From the NCBI RefSeq assembly GCF_018977255.1, contig NW_024704743.1, positions 82,152,001 through 82,216,000 of the forward strand: a DNA stretch of 64,000 nt. The letters run 5' to 3'. Position 1 is the stretch's first letter, and each line of letters opens with the position of its first letter. Source of the DNA: Callorhinchus milii (taxonomy: Eukaryota). The position numbers were made by a program, and so were the translations under genes. This document shows, piece after piece, positions 12,229 to 24,100 of this stretch. The notes below the pieces were generated by a model, which saw nothing but the letters and a program-made list of their open reading frames with translations, had not been told where the DNA came from and did not search any database.

Positions 12229-12835
12229 TAAAAGTTATTGTAACGGCTATATTGTAAATACAGTGTAAATACCTGTCTCATCACAAGAAAATTACAATTT
12301 GCAGTCATTATTAACCCTTGTTGTTGTTGTTGTTGTCTCAACTTACACCACAATTTGTTCACAGACAATTTCCTGTGGACTGGCTTTGGTTAAAGACAAT
12401 CAATATGGTATGTACATCATAGTGTTTAGTACATTTAACCTTAACGGTCACTGTGGGGAACAAGGTTCGGTCAAAAAACATGTGAGGAATGCCTATTTAA
12501 GAAAGAACTTGTCTCAGTTCTGTGTATTTATGTTTATTCAAATAGTTGCGTGAGTGCGTTGTGTGTGTATAAAACGTTCTGTGGACTGTATATTTGCTAT
12601 TTATAAAGTTGGTGATGGCTCGATTTGATTCTAGGTGTGAATAAAACAGTTTTAACGTCCTATAAGTGATTTAACTGGGAGGTCACAAGCACCACAAACT
12701 CTCAAAATTACACAATAATAATAATTCTTGCGTTTGATATAGCGCTTGTAAAGACATCTCAAAGCATTTCACAAGTTTTACTGTGAAGTGTATTCACTTT
12801 GTATTCGTAGGCAAATATGGCAGCCAATTTGCACC

Positions 12836-13640
12836 ACAACAACAACAACTTGCATTTATATCGAGCCCTCCACACAGGGTTAGCGTCCCAGAGCGCTTAG
12901 CAATGGCAGAGCCCGATGCCGAGCCAGGGGGAGGAGGAAGGTGACCATAGGCACAGTCGAACAGGAAAGTCTTCAGGCGCAACCTGAAAATGGAGAAAGA
13001 GAGGCCAAGGCGAAGGGACTGAGGGAGGGAGTTCCGTAGCTTCGAGACATAGTGGCTGAAGGCATGGCCATTGATGGTGGAGCAGAGGATTCGAAGGAGG
13101 AGGAGGAGGCTGGAGCCAGTAGAGCAGAGGCAGCGGGTACTGCTGTGGGGAAAGAGGAGGTTGGAGAGATGGGGGGGTGCCAAGGCATGGAGGGATTTAA
13201 ACACTAGAGTGAGGATCCTGAAGTCGATCCACTCTACATGGAGCCAGTGGAGTTTGGCCAGGACTAGAGTAATCGGGTTGCGGAGGTTAGTACGGCTGAG
13301 AATGCGGGCGGTGGAGTTTTGGAAGAGCTGAATTTTGTGAATAGTGGAGGAGAGGAGCTTCGCGAGGAGGGAGTTAGAGTAGTCCAGCCGAGAGGTGACA
13401 AAGGTATGGACAAGGGTTTCGGCAGCTTGTGGAGTGAGGTATTGTTAGAGATGGGCAATGTGGTGGAGGTGGAGGAAAACAACCCTAGCCAGGGACCAGA
13501 TGTGGAGGAGGAAGGATAATTGGGGATCAAACCTGACACCTAAGTTGCACATGGGTTCACAAATTTTTAAAGACAGATCGTGTAGGTTGAGGAGCTCTGA
13601 ACTGCAGGACAGAAGACGACGGCGGGAGCCAAATAGCATG
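12836..13640 (-). mobile_element. L2 fragment of a second family (L2-B tail type), inserted in a Deu SINE
   Basis: FKSLHALAPPHLSNLL...FRLRLKTFLFDCAY; tail gcgctctgggacgctaaccctgtgtggaggg..ataaatgcaag(TTG)n; SINE halves at 12715-12835 and 13660-13700. Confidence 0.9.
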
Positions 13641-14089
13641 GCTTGTAAAGCAATGCAAAGCAATATCCCACAAACAGCCACAAAGTGAATGACCAATTTT
13701 ATTTTTTATTTTTATTGAAGTGAATATGACATTCATGTCACTGATGTGCCTGGCCTCACATCTGCATGGTTTAATCACAAGAGCATTGAACTGACTCAGC
13801 CCTCAGCCTCTCTACTGAGCAATTATTGCAGATGGTTTAAAGAAAAGCTTCCATTCCACAAATCTGATAACTTCCAATGATAAGTCACTTAACCAGTCTC
13901 TGGAGGAGGGGATTTTCTCACTCATCTCCTGTTATCCCTGCAAGCCCAAAGTTGCATCTAGTAGAATAATCCTAGCTGGACAAGTTGTGGGAAGATTGCC
14001 AGACATTGCTGAATGACAAGCAATGTGGTTTTAACTGATTAAACTCCAACAGTAATCTAACATATTCTGTGATCCACAAACCACTGCTC

Positions 14090-14300
14090 TTGTCAACCTG
14101 CACTCTGGAATTAGATCCTTCCAGACAGAGTGCACATTCCATTCCATTCCCAGGGAAATTTCCATGTGTAGATGGCATACATATGTTGAACACTTAGTTT
14201 GGTTTAAATACTCTCTAGCATGGTGATGCGTTTCTGCATTTATCTGGCTTGGATACTTCGAAGAATGATGATGGGTTTCCACATGTGGATACCATCTGGC
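14090..14300 (-). repeat. Unnamed ancient interspersed repeat (family X), copy 1
   Basis: cacatgtggaaacccat, gtatccaa, catggaaatt, ggaatggaatg and gtgcaggttg.caag blocks shared with 53220-53400 and 60870-61070. Confidence 0.65.
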
Positions 14301-14339
14301 TGGCCAAAAATAAATCCAATGATAACAGTCTTAAGGAGG

Positions 14340-15090
14340 AGAGGCATTATAGGATAAATGGCACAATTTAAAGGGGATTCAGGAACAGAGAGACCTGGGA
14401 GTTCACATACTCAAATGTTTGAAGGTGGCAGGACAAGTTGACAAAGCAGTTAATAAAACATATGGGATCCTTGGCTTCATAAATAGAGGCATAGAGTATA
14501 AGAGCAAGGAAGTTATGTTGAACCTTTACAAATCGCTTGTTAGGCCTCAGCTTGAGTACTGTGTCCAATTCTTTAGGAAAGATCCCAGGACTTTGGAGAG
14601 AGTGCAAAGAAGATTTTAGAAGATTGATATCAGAGATGAGGGACTACAATTATGTGGAGAGACTAAGGAGGCTGGTATTATTCTCCTTAGAGTAAAGAAG
14701 GTTGAGGGGAGATTCAATAGAGGTGTTCAAGAGTATAAGGGGTTTTGATAGGGAGAAACTGTTTCCTCTGGCGGGTGGGTCGGTAACCAGAGGACACAGA
14801 TTTAAAATAAATGGCAAAAGAACCAGCGGGGAAGACAAGGAGAATTATTTTTTTATCCAGAAAGTTGTTACAGTTTGAAATGCACTGCCTGAAAGGGTGG
14901 TGGAAGCAGATTTGATAATAGATTTCAAAAGGGAATTAGATAGGTACTTAAAAAGGTAAAAAAAAAAGTGGAGGGCTATGAGGTAAGAACGGGGGAGTGG
15001 GACTAGTTGATAGCTCTTTGAAAGAGCTGGCACAGGCATGGTGGGCCTAATGGTCTCTTTCTGTGCTGAAATATTCTATGATTATATGAT
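14340..15090 (+). mobile_element. CR1 LINE 3' portion (ORF2 C-terminus + 3'UTR)
   Basis: GILGFINRGIEYKSKEVMLNLYKSLVRPQLEYCVQF; terminal ttctatgattatatgatt. Confidence 0.93.
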
Positions 15091-15691
15091 TAAGACTTAT
15101 TTAACCAACACAAGGGTCCGTCCCAACATATGAGGATCATCTCTTGTTGACTTCTCCTTGCCCAGTTAGTTGTTTGAAATCATTAAACCTCTTTCTTGCA
15201 TCTCCTCAAGTATTGAATCTGGCAAACTCAAAATTGTCTTGCCAGGTCTAATATTGTGATGGTGCGGTTGATGCCTGCAGCCTCAGAACCTTAAATATGC
15301 TTTATTTCTTTTCAGGGTCTCCTTTGCAAACATACCTACTTCACTTTCAATAAATCATTTTAGTTTCCAGAACATTCTTCCTTCCTTATCCAATATCTTG
15401 GAAAAGCTGCCAATGTAAAACTGGGCCCTGTGCCGAACCCCCATTAAAGCATGTGACATTATAATAGAGGCCCACGTGCAGAACATTTTGATTTGATTAT
15501 AGTTGAGATGACTGTATGCCAGTCTACACCACCCAAGAATACACTTTGTTGTTCAGAAAAAACATCCTGAAGTAACAAATCTTTCCATGCCTACAGTACC
15601 GATACAAAAGAGGTAGAATGGGGAAATTGTCCTCCTGTCCACACACTTGCACACACATTTGATATAGCACCTATTGTTTGGTGAGACGGCT

Positions 15692-15873
15692 TCATGTAGC
15701 AAGCGAAACTCACAGCTCAAATTTATCTCCACATCTGCTATGTGGATAAACAAAGTTCTGTTGTATAACTGTCACATTGGAAGCGATTCTCAACATGTAA
15801 TCCAGTTTCACCATTGCTTGGGAAGAGAAGAAATTTGCAACCTTTCATGTGGAATTCAATTAAAAAAATAAAC
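15692..15873. repeat. 182-bp inverted duplication, arm 1
   Basis: Reverse complement of 17783-17964 with 2 mismatches. Confidence 0.95.
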
Positions 15874-16249
15874 GTGTAGTGCCTGTGTATTTTGTAGATG
15901 AACACAGCAGCCAATTTGCTCAAACAGTCATGAGATGAATGACCAACTATATTTGAAGGACTTTTGACCAGGACACTGGGTGAAATGCCCCGCTCTTTTG
16001 AAGTAGAGCTGTGGGATTTTTAACGTCACCGGAACAGACAGAAGGGACCTCGGGGGCAACATCATATCTGAGGACAGGATCCCTGACAATGCGATGCTTC
16101 CCCCAAATAAAACAAAGTTACAGCATGACACTTGTCACCAAGTGCAGCAAGAAACAGAAGTTACTCCGGAACATACAGATCATTGAAAACACTCAGCTCA
16201 AATGCCATGTAGTGAGATTTCTCCTCAGAATAACACTGACCTACCTAAA

Positions 16250-16640
16250 AAAAATAAGCCTTGCATTTGATATAGAGCTTTAACAGCAAAAGATCTCAAA
16301 GCGCTTTACAGGTATTTGCTGCAAAATGGATTGAATGTGTATTCGTAGACAAATATGGCAGCCAATTTGCACACAGCAGTGTCCCACAAGAGCAATGAAA
16401 GTAAATGGCCGATTTATCTGGGGGATTGGCAGGGGGTTGAAAAGGATACTGGGAAAAACTCCCTTCTCTTTTTGAACAGTGTCTTGGGATATTAACGTCT
16501 AAAGACAGCATCTCAGTCAAAGCACAGCACCTCTGACAATGTAGCATTGCATTGAAGTGTCAGCCTATAAACTCAAAATCCCAATGCACAACTTATTGAT
16601 CCAGAGGCTACAGTGCTACTGACTAAGCCAGGCTGACACT
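16250..16640 (-). mobile_element. Old DeuSINE-type SINE
   Basis: Tail ccttgcatttgatata, Deu core and head gtgctactgactaagccaggctgacac in reverse. Confidence 0.8.
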
Positions 16641-17432
16641 TTTACTATAACATCAAGACACTTTCATGAAAAAACACAGCAGGCAATGAGATTTTCTGTA
16701 CTTTTAATTGTGTTGTTTGCATAACATTTTACAAATCATGACAATGATTCTTCCTTTATCAATACAACCTAAACAAAGCAAGACATCACGTATGTACTCC
16801 AGCAACAACCCTCAAAATAAAATAATATCAGTAATCAACTGGAGTCATAATTTTAACTGCAATGTATTGACTTTAGACTGAATTGAGTTTACTTTGGCCT
16901 CTTGGCCATTTATCAGTTTTGTCAGGTAACAAGCCATGTGCTCCATTTATTTCAATCCCACCACTTCAATTATGAATGGTAGAGACACTCAACCTTTTCC
17001 AAATCAAACTAAAGCACTGATTGGTTGGCTCATGGGCACAGTAACAGGGATTCATTGTATTGGGAAAAATACAGGCTTATTCAGTGAAAACTATTGTGGA
17101 AGGCAACACACCCTGGTTAAATGAGAAACCACAGATGCTAAGGACCCATGATAGTTCTGGTTCTGCACAGCCTGAGCTGTTCTGCATCTGCCTTATGCAG
17201 GCCAAAGTATTACTCATGTAATGAGCTGCAGGCACAACATGGCTTTGGGGATTATCCTGCACCACTCAATAATGGAAGTACAATACAGTATCCCTAACAA
17301 GATAACAGGATCGGTTTGAATGAATATGGCCCTTCGGCCCATCTAATCTCATCCTTCCAGAAAACCTGTTCTACTATCATAGCATCAAGTGTTTTTTTTT
17401 TAAATGAGTCCAGTGTCCTTGCCTAAACCACC

Positions 17433-17646
17433 AATAATAATCCCTCCAAAACCAAAAACAATAATAAATTGGTAATTTTTAATCTACGACTGTTTGTGGG
17501 ACATTGCTGTGCGCAATTGGCTGCCGCGTTCGCCCACAAATATACAGTCAATTCACTTTACAGTGTGTTCTGTGAAGCGCTTTGGGACGTCCTCCCGATG
17601 TGAAAAGCGCTATATCAAATGCAAGGATTATTATTATTATTATTAT
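17433..17646 (+). mobile_element. Young SINE (short subfamily), 5' truncated, inserted in an old minus-strand CR1 fragment (about 17300-17800)
   Basis: Matches the 3' two-thirds of 8280-8597; flanks read as CR1 INPEQYF..TRSRKHRFRL. Confidence 0.9.
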
Positions 17647-17782
17647 TTCTGGCAACATGTTCTGGTAAATAAATATTTCCTGGTGTATGTTCTGAAATTG
17701 CCCTTTGCAAATTGTCCTTTGCCAATCTAAACCTGTGTTTTCTTGACCTAGTCTCTTGGTAAATCCTAAAGTACTGTTCTGG

Positions 17783-17964
17783 GTTTATTTTTTTAATTGA
17801 ATTCCACATGAAAGGTTGCAAATTTCTTCTCTTCCCAAGCAATGGTGAAACTGGATTACATGTTGAGAATCGCTTCCAATGTGACAGTTATACAACAGAA
17901 CTTTGTTTATCCACATAGCAGATGTGGAGATAAAGTTGAGCTGTGAGGTTCGCTTGCTACATGA
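17783..17964. repeat. 182-bp inverted duplication, arm 2
   Basis: Reverse complement of 15692-15873. Confidence 0.95.
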
Positions 17965-18014
17965 TTTTGCTCAAGCAGCGTGATGTGGAGGGATCTGATC
18001 CAGGTCAGTATATA

Positions 18015-18600
18015 CAATACAATATTACATTTGTAAAGTGCCTTTCACATCAGGAGTCAGGGATAGGACCCAAGCGGGGGGGGGGGGGGGTGGGAAGGGG
18101 GTTGGGATCAGGGAGGGTGAAGGGCAGAAGGGTGGCCGAAGGCACGGTCGAAGAGGAAGGTCTTGAGGCATACCTTGATGGAGGCAAGGGAGGGAGCGAG
18201 GCAAGGGGAATGTGGGATGGAGTTCCAGAGGGTGGGGACAGAAAGACTGAAGGCCCGACAGCCGATGGTGGGGCGGGCTGAGCGTTTGACATGGAGGAGG
18301 CCAGAGCTTGCTGAGCGGAGGGAGCGGACAGATTGATAAGGGGTTAGCAGGTCGGAGAGGTAGGAGGGGGTAAGGCCATGGAGGACCTTGAAGGTGAGGA
18401 CGAGAATTTTGAACTTGATCCTCTGAGGGATGGGGAGTCAGTGGAGCCAGGCAAGGGTGAGTACGATGGGGTCATGGAGTCAGGTGCAGGAGAGGACATG
18501 AGCTGCAGAGTTCTGGATGATCTGCAACTTGTGGAGGGATGAACTGGGAAGGTCGACTAGCAGGGTGTGGCATAGTCGAGTCTAGTTGTAATGAAGGTAT
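18015..18600 (-). mobile_element. L2 3' fragment
   Basis: Colinear with 545-1140; includes a long G run at about 18075-18089. Confidence 0.9.
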
Positions 18601-18966
18601 TTAGGAGGGGTTAGGCAGCCTGAGGGGTGAGGCAGGGGCAGAGTCAGGCAATGATAGCAAGAGAGACACACATACAGATAGATACATACACAAACATAAG
18701 CACACCAGAGACAGATAGAGAAGAGAGACACATGTGCAAAAAAACACAAAAAGACTTGATATCAGCACTATTTTCATATTCATAATGGAGCTGCTCCCAA
18801 TTTGTGTGATATTGAGCTCTCCGCTGTACTTTTATGGAATTCTAGCTGTACCTGTTGCAGCTTTGTTTGCAACCAAAGGATTCAATATAGAATGTAGATT
18901 GACACACACACAGACAAACATTTCATTTTTATCTATACCCATCTGGGAGGACTTCTGTGGGAGGAC

Positions 18967-19537
18967 TCATTTTGGCTGTGCTGTTCTTTGAGTGAACAAC
19001 TCAATTTGGCACGCTATTAAGGCCCTTTCAGCATTTAAGTGCAGCCTCGCTGTTCTTTGTTCTTCAGTTTCATTTAATGGGCCTTCTCTCTTTTGTCTTA
19101 GCATTTTTTTTGAAAGGTTTGATTTTCGCTTAGGCATCTTTATATTGATAAACATAAATGTATAATTTATAATCACTGGGACGTCCTCCCGATGTGAAAG
19201 GCGCTTTACAAATGTAATTTTGTTGTTGTTGCCACGGCTTAGCTTCATCTGTGTTCTTTATTTTGTTCCCGGCGCCGCTTGGCTACGTGTGTGCTCTGTG
19301 ACGTAGGATACCACAACGCCAATTTGACTCTGCGGCCACCAGATGTAACTGCAGCGAAAAACACAAAACTGAAATACATTTTAGGACATAACTCATGAAC
19401 GATAGGAGGTACCTGTGACACTCCCAGGTGCAAGACCTTTCCAATGAGGTATAAATCATGTCCCTATGTCAATTGGTTATTGAGATCCTTCTTGAAGCGC
19501 GCACAGACAGACATTGTTGTTTTATTAGTATACAAGA
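18967..19537 (-). mobile_element. Helitron-like 5' fragment with N-terminus of ORF
   Basis: Minus strand reads A|TCTTGTATACTAATAAAACAACAATGTCTGTCTGT (5' TC after host A, (TCTG)n subterminal tract); ORF from ATG 19137 MPKRKSNLSKKM..NETEEQRTARL resembles basic and TEEQR-type N-termini of animal Rep/Hel ORFs; L2 tail inserted at about 19175-19232. Confidence 0.7.
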
Positions 19538-19539
19538 TG

Positions 19540-20010
19540 AAAGTAAGGTGTTCATTTTCCAGTTATATAGAGATCTCATTTAGAGTACAGTTTTCAGTTC
19601 TGAGCACATCAATCTTTGGAAGGATATTAGCCTTGGAGGCTGTCCTGGGGCATGGTAGAATTGGGTTATATTCTTTGATTTGATTGGTGTATTTAGAATA
19701 ACAATTTAGACAGTGATCAACTCTTCCCTTTGGTAGAGGGATCCATTAGGGTATAGACTTAATATTAGAAACCAAGACAATTAGAACTGCAGTCAGGAAG
19801 AATTTCATCAGGCAGTGAAGATACTCTGCCCCAGAAAGCTGTAGAGTAGGAATCAATAGGGATGACTAACAGAGAGAAAGACAGATACTTGGGGAGCAGA
19901 GGTATTGAGGGGTATGACAAAAGGATGAGGTATTGGAAGTAAAGATCTGCCAGCATTTAATAAACTGGTTGAACAGCTTCAATAGGCTGAATACGTTCTT
20001 CCTATATTCC
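19540..20010 (+). mobile_element. Highly degraded CR1 3' fragment
   Basis: Colinear remnants: ccagttatatag, ggatattagccttggagg, ctcttccctttggt, ctgccccagaaagctgtagag. Confidence 0.7.
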
Positions 20011-20024
20011 TTTATTTCCAGGAC

Positions 20025-20323
20025 AAAATGTTGGGCAAGTTTCCTTACTTCACACGCCTCTGTTTACCTTGCAGCAAGTAGGAATCTGGTTGTTAGTAGA
20101 TTGGAGGATCGCTTTTCCAGGGATAATAATCCCTAACAAAAATATAATAATTTGGTCACTCAATCCACAACTGCTTGTGGGACACTGCTGTGTGCAATTG
20201 GCTGCTGTGTTTCGCCCACAAATATACAGTCAATTCACTTTACAGTATACTTTGTGAAGCGCTTTGAGACGTCTAGAAGACGGGAAAAGCGCTATATCAA
20301 ATGCAAGGATTATTATTATTATT
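20025..20323 (+). mobile_element. tRNA/Deu SINE, long subfamily, 5' truncated
   Basis: Has the extra segment ctctgtttacct..gtaggaa..gttgttagt..gatcgcttttcc and tail gagacgtctagaagacg. Confidence 0.9.
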
Positions 20324-22261
20324 TCAAAATGTATATATTTCTGTAAGATTTTTTGCAGTAATCTAGTTGGGGCCTGACTAGAGCATTATAAGACGACATA
20401 CCAGAATTCGTAGAAAATGAAGCAGGTAACCTTGCAAAATTCCTCTTTCTAATCAATACTAAATCTACAATGAAAATCATGTTGCAAATATGAACTGTGC
20501 TTTGAAGAATCTACACTGTATACATTGTAATGGGAATATACAATTATAAAAAAAGCTAAGTGAAAAATTACGTTTATGTAATTTGCAGTGGATCTTAATT
20601 TTTTTAGCAAGAAATAGATTACCAAGTCCCCAAATAAAAACAGTGCTCAGTACCATGCATTTGATGTTGGGTGGGGAAGAGGTAAAAAAAAAGTTCAGAT
20701 TGAAGCAAAAACATCAATTTCACAGGTCATAACAATGTTATACTTCCACAAAGAACATCAGCAACAAAATCAGTTTGTGTGGGTACTTCTAACAAATAAT
20801 AATAATCCTTAAAGTGTCCTGAGAAGCTATCCACATGAAGGGCGCAATATAAAGGCAGGTTTTTATTGTTGTTCAACAACAACAACAACAACATGAATTT
20901 ATATAGCGCCCTCCACGCCGGACGGCATTTCACAGCGCTTCAACATTTGGTATAGCACCTTTCACGTCAAGAGGACGTCCCAAATGCTTCATAGCATTTA
21001 CTGTAGAGCGACTGTGTATTTTTGTAGGCAATTAACACAGAAACTGGCTTGTGTGTACATAGTGAACATTGAGCTGCATCAGTGCCAACACAGGATATCA
21101 GTGCAACAGCCAAACCTCTGCTTAGAGTACGTTTACTTAAAGAGAGTTGAGAGGATTTCTTTACATTAAACACCTGCAAGCATTACGTCTCCCTATAGAC
21201 ATGAAGTCATGTCTGGAGTGGGTTTAGCTGACTCATGCGAGTATTCATTAACTTTTTCTGTTTAAATGTGTCATCTGGTTTGTCAACAGATTTTCTGTAG
21301 TCATATCTGTGGTATTTTATGAAATGATAACTTAACATTGGAATATCACCCAGTATTACAACATCTGCCTAAGACAAAGATTTTAATGGTTTAACAGAGC
21401 CCGAGTGATGCTAATTACACAACTGAGCCGCAAGGATGTGCTGTTTGATAATCCAATGTACAAACAGATTCTACATGTAAAGAAATGCAAAATGCAACAT
21501 TTCATGTGATCTGATATGATGCGAATATTATGCAAAAGCATATTTTTTCATCCATTCCTAAACACCGGTTGTGTTTAAATGTCTCAACAAATCGTAAACC
21601 ACCCCCAACCCCCACCACCACACACCCACATTCAATCAGGTGGTTTGATCTTTTTTAAACAAAACTGGTGTCACCTGGGCTGCTCCTTAGAAAATTAAAT
21701 TTGTTTTCTCAATCATGGAAACAGTGTTTAAATGCTGATTCATAGTATATCAACTGAGTTAAACTGGTATCAAGCCAGCAGAACAAGAGAGGACATGCTT
21801 AGGGTTGCAAAGGACAATTTCAAGACAGACAAGATAAAAGTATTTCTTTACCTAGATGGTAATTAACAACTGGAACAGGTTACCAGGAACGGTGGTTGAG
21901 ATCAGGATGCTGGACCCAATTTAAGAAACAGCTTGATGCTGTGATGGGAGGACAGTTGGGTGGGTGTGCTAGAGAGATGAGATCAGATGGGCCGAAGGGC
22001 CTTCTTCATTCAAACTTCTCTTGCTGTTGTGTCAATTAACTTCAGGCACACCACAGGTAGTGTAATTTGAGAGAAAACTCAAAGGTCATGAAAATAAATT
22101 TGGTGAAAGATCATAGATACACATGACACAATCCACAGCACCACACTTCATCATCCTGCACCCACCATGACAGCCATCACCATAGTGATCCCAAACTCCA
22201 GCCAATCATAACATACAAGCAGCGCACAATAAAGCACTAAAAGAATGCAATCACACAGCTG

Positions 22262-22490
22262 ATATACACATACAGCAAATGTACATACACACGCAAACAC
22301 ATGCACAGAGCAAATGTACACACACACACAAACACACACAGAGCAAATGTACACACACACACAGCAAATGCACACGTACAGCAAATCACACACACAGCAA
22401 ATGCGCACGCACAGCAAATGTACACGCGCGCAGCAAATGTACACATGCAGCAAATACAAATATATGCACAGCAAATATATGCACATGCCA
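22262..22490 (+). repeat. Compound minisatellite, unit (CA)n-CAGCAAATGYA
   Basis: About 10 imperfect units of (c)agcaaatg separated by CA/TA dinucleotide runs. Confidence 0.9.
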
Positions 22491-22699
22491 AATATGAGAA
22501 AATTGAAAACAAATGTCATACTCTGTATCAGATATGTAAAATAAATGTGCTTCCTAGAAAACTTCTAAAAAAAAACCCATATGAATAATATATATCACAA
22601 ATATTAAAAGACATTAGGGTTTTGGAAACAGCAACACCTGCAGAATGAAACACTAAGGTGAAAAAAATTGCGTGTGAAGTGAAAGATATCACTTCACCC

Positions 22700-23030
22700 C
22701 TATCAACCCACCCATTCCCTCCGCTCAGCCGGCTCTGGCCTGCTTCACATCCCCCAACCCACCTGCCCCATCATTGGCGGGAACGCCTTCAGCCACTCTG
22801 CCCCCAACCTCTGGAATTCCATCCCCCAGTCACTCCGCCTCATCCCCTCCTTAGCCTCCTTCAAGTCCTGCTTCAAGACCCTCCTCTTCGACCATTCCAT
22901 TGGCCACCCCCCTTCCCCTCCCCTCCCCCCCTGACCCCAGCTCGGATCTGAAATGCTGTACACTGTCCAGCGCCTTGGGGCATCCTCCCGACATGAAAGG
23001 CGCTATACAAATGTCATCTTGTTGTTGTTG
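22700..23030 (+). mobile_element. L2 3' fragment
   Basis: cccaccatc-type ORF2 end, attggcgggaacgccttcagcc, tail catcctcccgacatgaaaggcgctatacaaatg(TTG)n. Confidence 0.9.
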
Positions 23031-23109
23031 CCTTATCATGTCTTTGAGACGTATCAGTCGAGAAAATTGTCATATGATTGCAGCCCGATGGTGCAGAGTA
23101 TAGAGCTGC

Positions 23110-23400
23110 TGCTTGTGGAATGGGAGCTCACTGGTTTGAATTCTGGTCCATACTGAGTTTGTTGGGCTGGGATTGCATTAGGAGGCTAATTTTACCCCAG
23201 CCTTCCCAGGGTTAGAGTGGGGGAAATCAGTCAGAGTTCATGCTCCTGGTCTCTTTTCAGCAACCTCTACAGTCGAGATACCTGCTAACACTAACTGTCA
23301 AGGCTCACACATGAACAATGGCCAATTGGGCATGGTATCAGAGGGCAGCCAGTGGCATCAGAACCACACCCCAGAGAGAGAAGGCCACACCAGGAGCTAA
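23110..23400 (+). repeat. Ancient SINE-like repeat (family Z)
   Basis: actgtcaaggctcacacatgaacaatggcca shared with 51860-52230; reverse copy with tRNA-like head at 29575-29860. Confidence 0.65.
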
Positions 23401-23729
23401 TAGGCTTATGCCAGTGAGAGAAAATTACTAAAATATTTGGACATTAAATTTAAGAAAAAATAAAAACACTGCGGCCCAAAATGCAGTGTGATGCGAAAGA
23501 TATCACTGATGATAATTATCACAGCACATACTGCAATTTTTCACATCCATTATATATTCTTTTCCCTCCCCGAATCATGGGCAAAAAAGTCAAACTTGCC
23601 AATGAACAGGAAAACTCCAAGAAAGGAAAGCCACAAGTAAGATTCACACAAGGGAGGAATCTTCTCCGACTGGACAGAAACAACAGCAAAGCGTATAACA
23701 TAATAATTGACACAATGCAAAATTTAAAA

Positions 23730-24100
23730 TACAATTTACATTTAAGTAGCCCCTTTCATGTCAGAGAAGTCCTAAAGCTCTTAGCAGTAGTGGCTGGACT
23801 CCCAAGCTGGGGGTGTGAGCTGAGGGGTGTGGAGAGGGAAAAAAGGCCCAAAACACAGTCAAAGAAGTAGGTCCTGAAATGAACCTTGAATAACAAGAGG
23901 AATGAAGAAAATCAGAGGAAATCCAGGATGAGTTCCAGAGTAGAGCAGAAAGGTTGAAACTTGGCGATGGTGGGTCAGATGAGGCAGGGGGCATGAAGCA
24001 GACTGATGCTTACTGAGTGAAGAGAGTGGCCAGATCAGTAGAGTTTGAGGAGGTTACAGAGGTATGCTTGGGTGAGACCACATAGGGATTTTAAGGTGAA
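23730..24100 (-). mobile_element. Degraded L2 3' fragment
   Basis: Colinear with other L2 3' ends. Confidence 0.7.

Noticed and set aside
22151..22588. Cys/His-rich ORFs on both strands; CRISPR-like array
   Set aside because: Artefacts of a CA-rich minisatellite; spacers are low-complexity, not unique.
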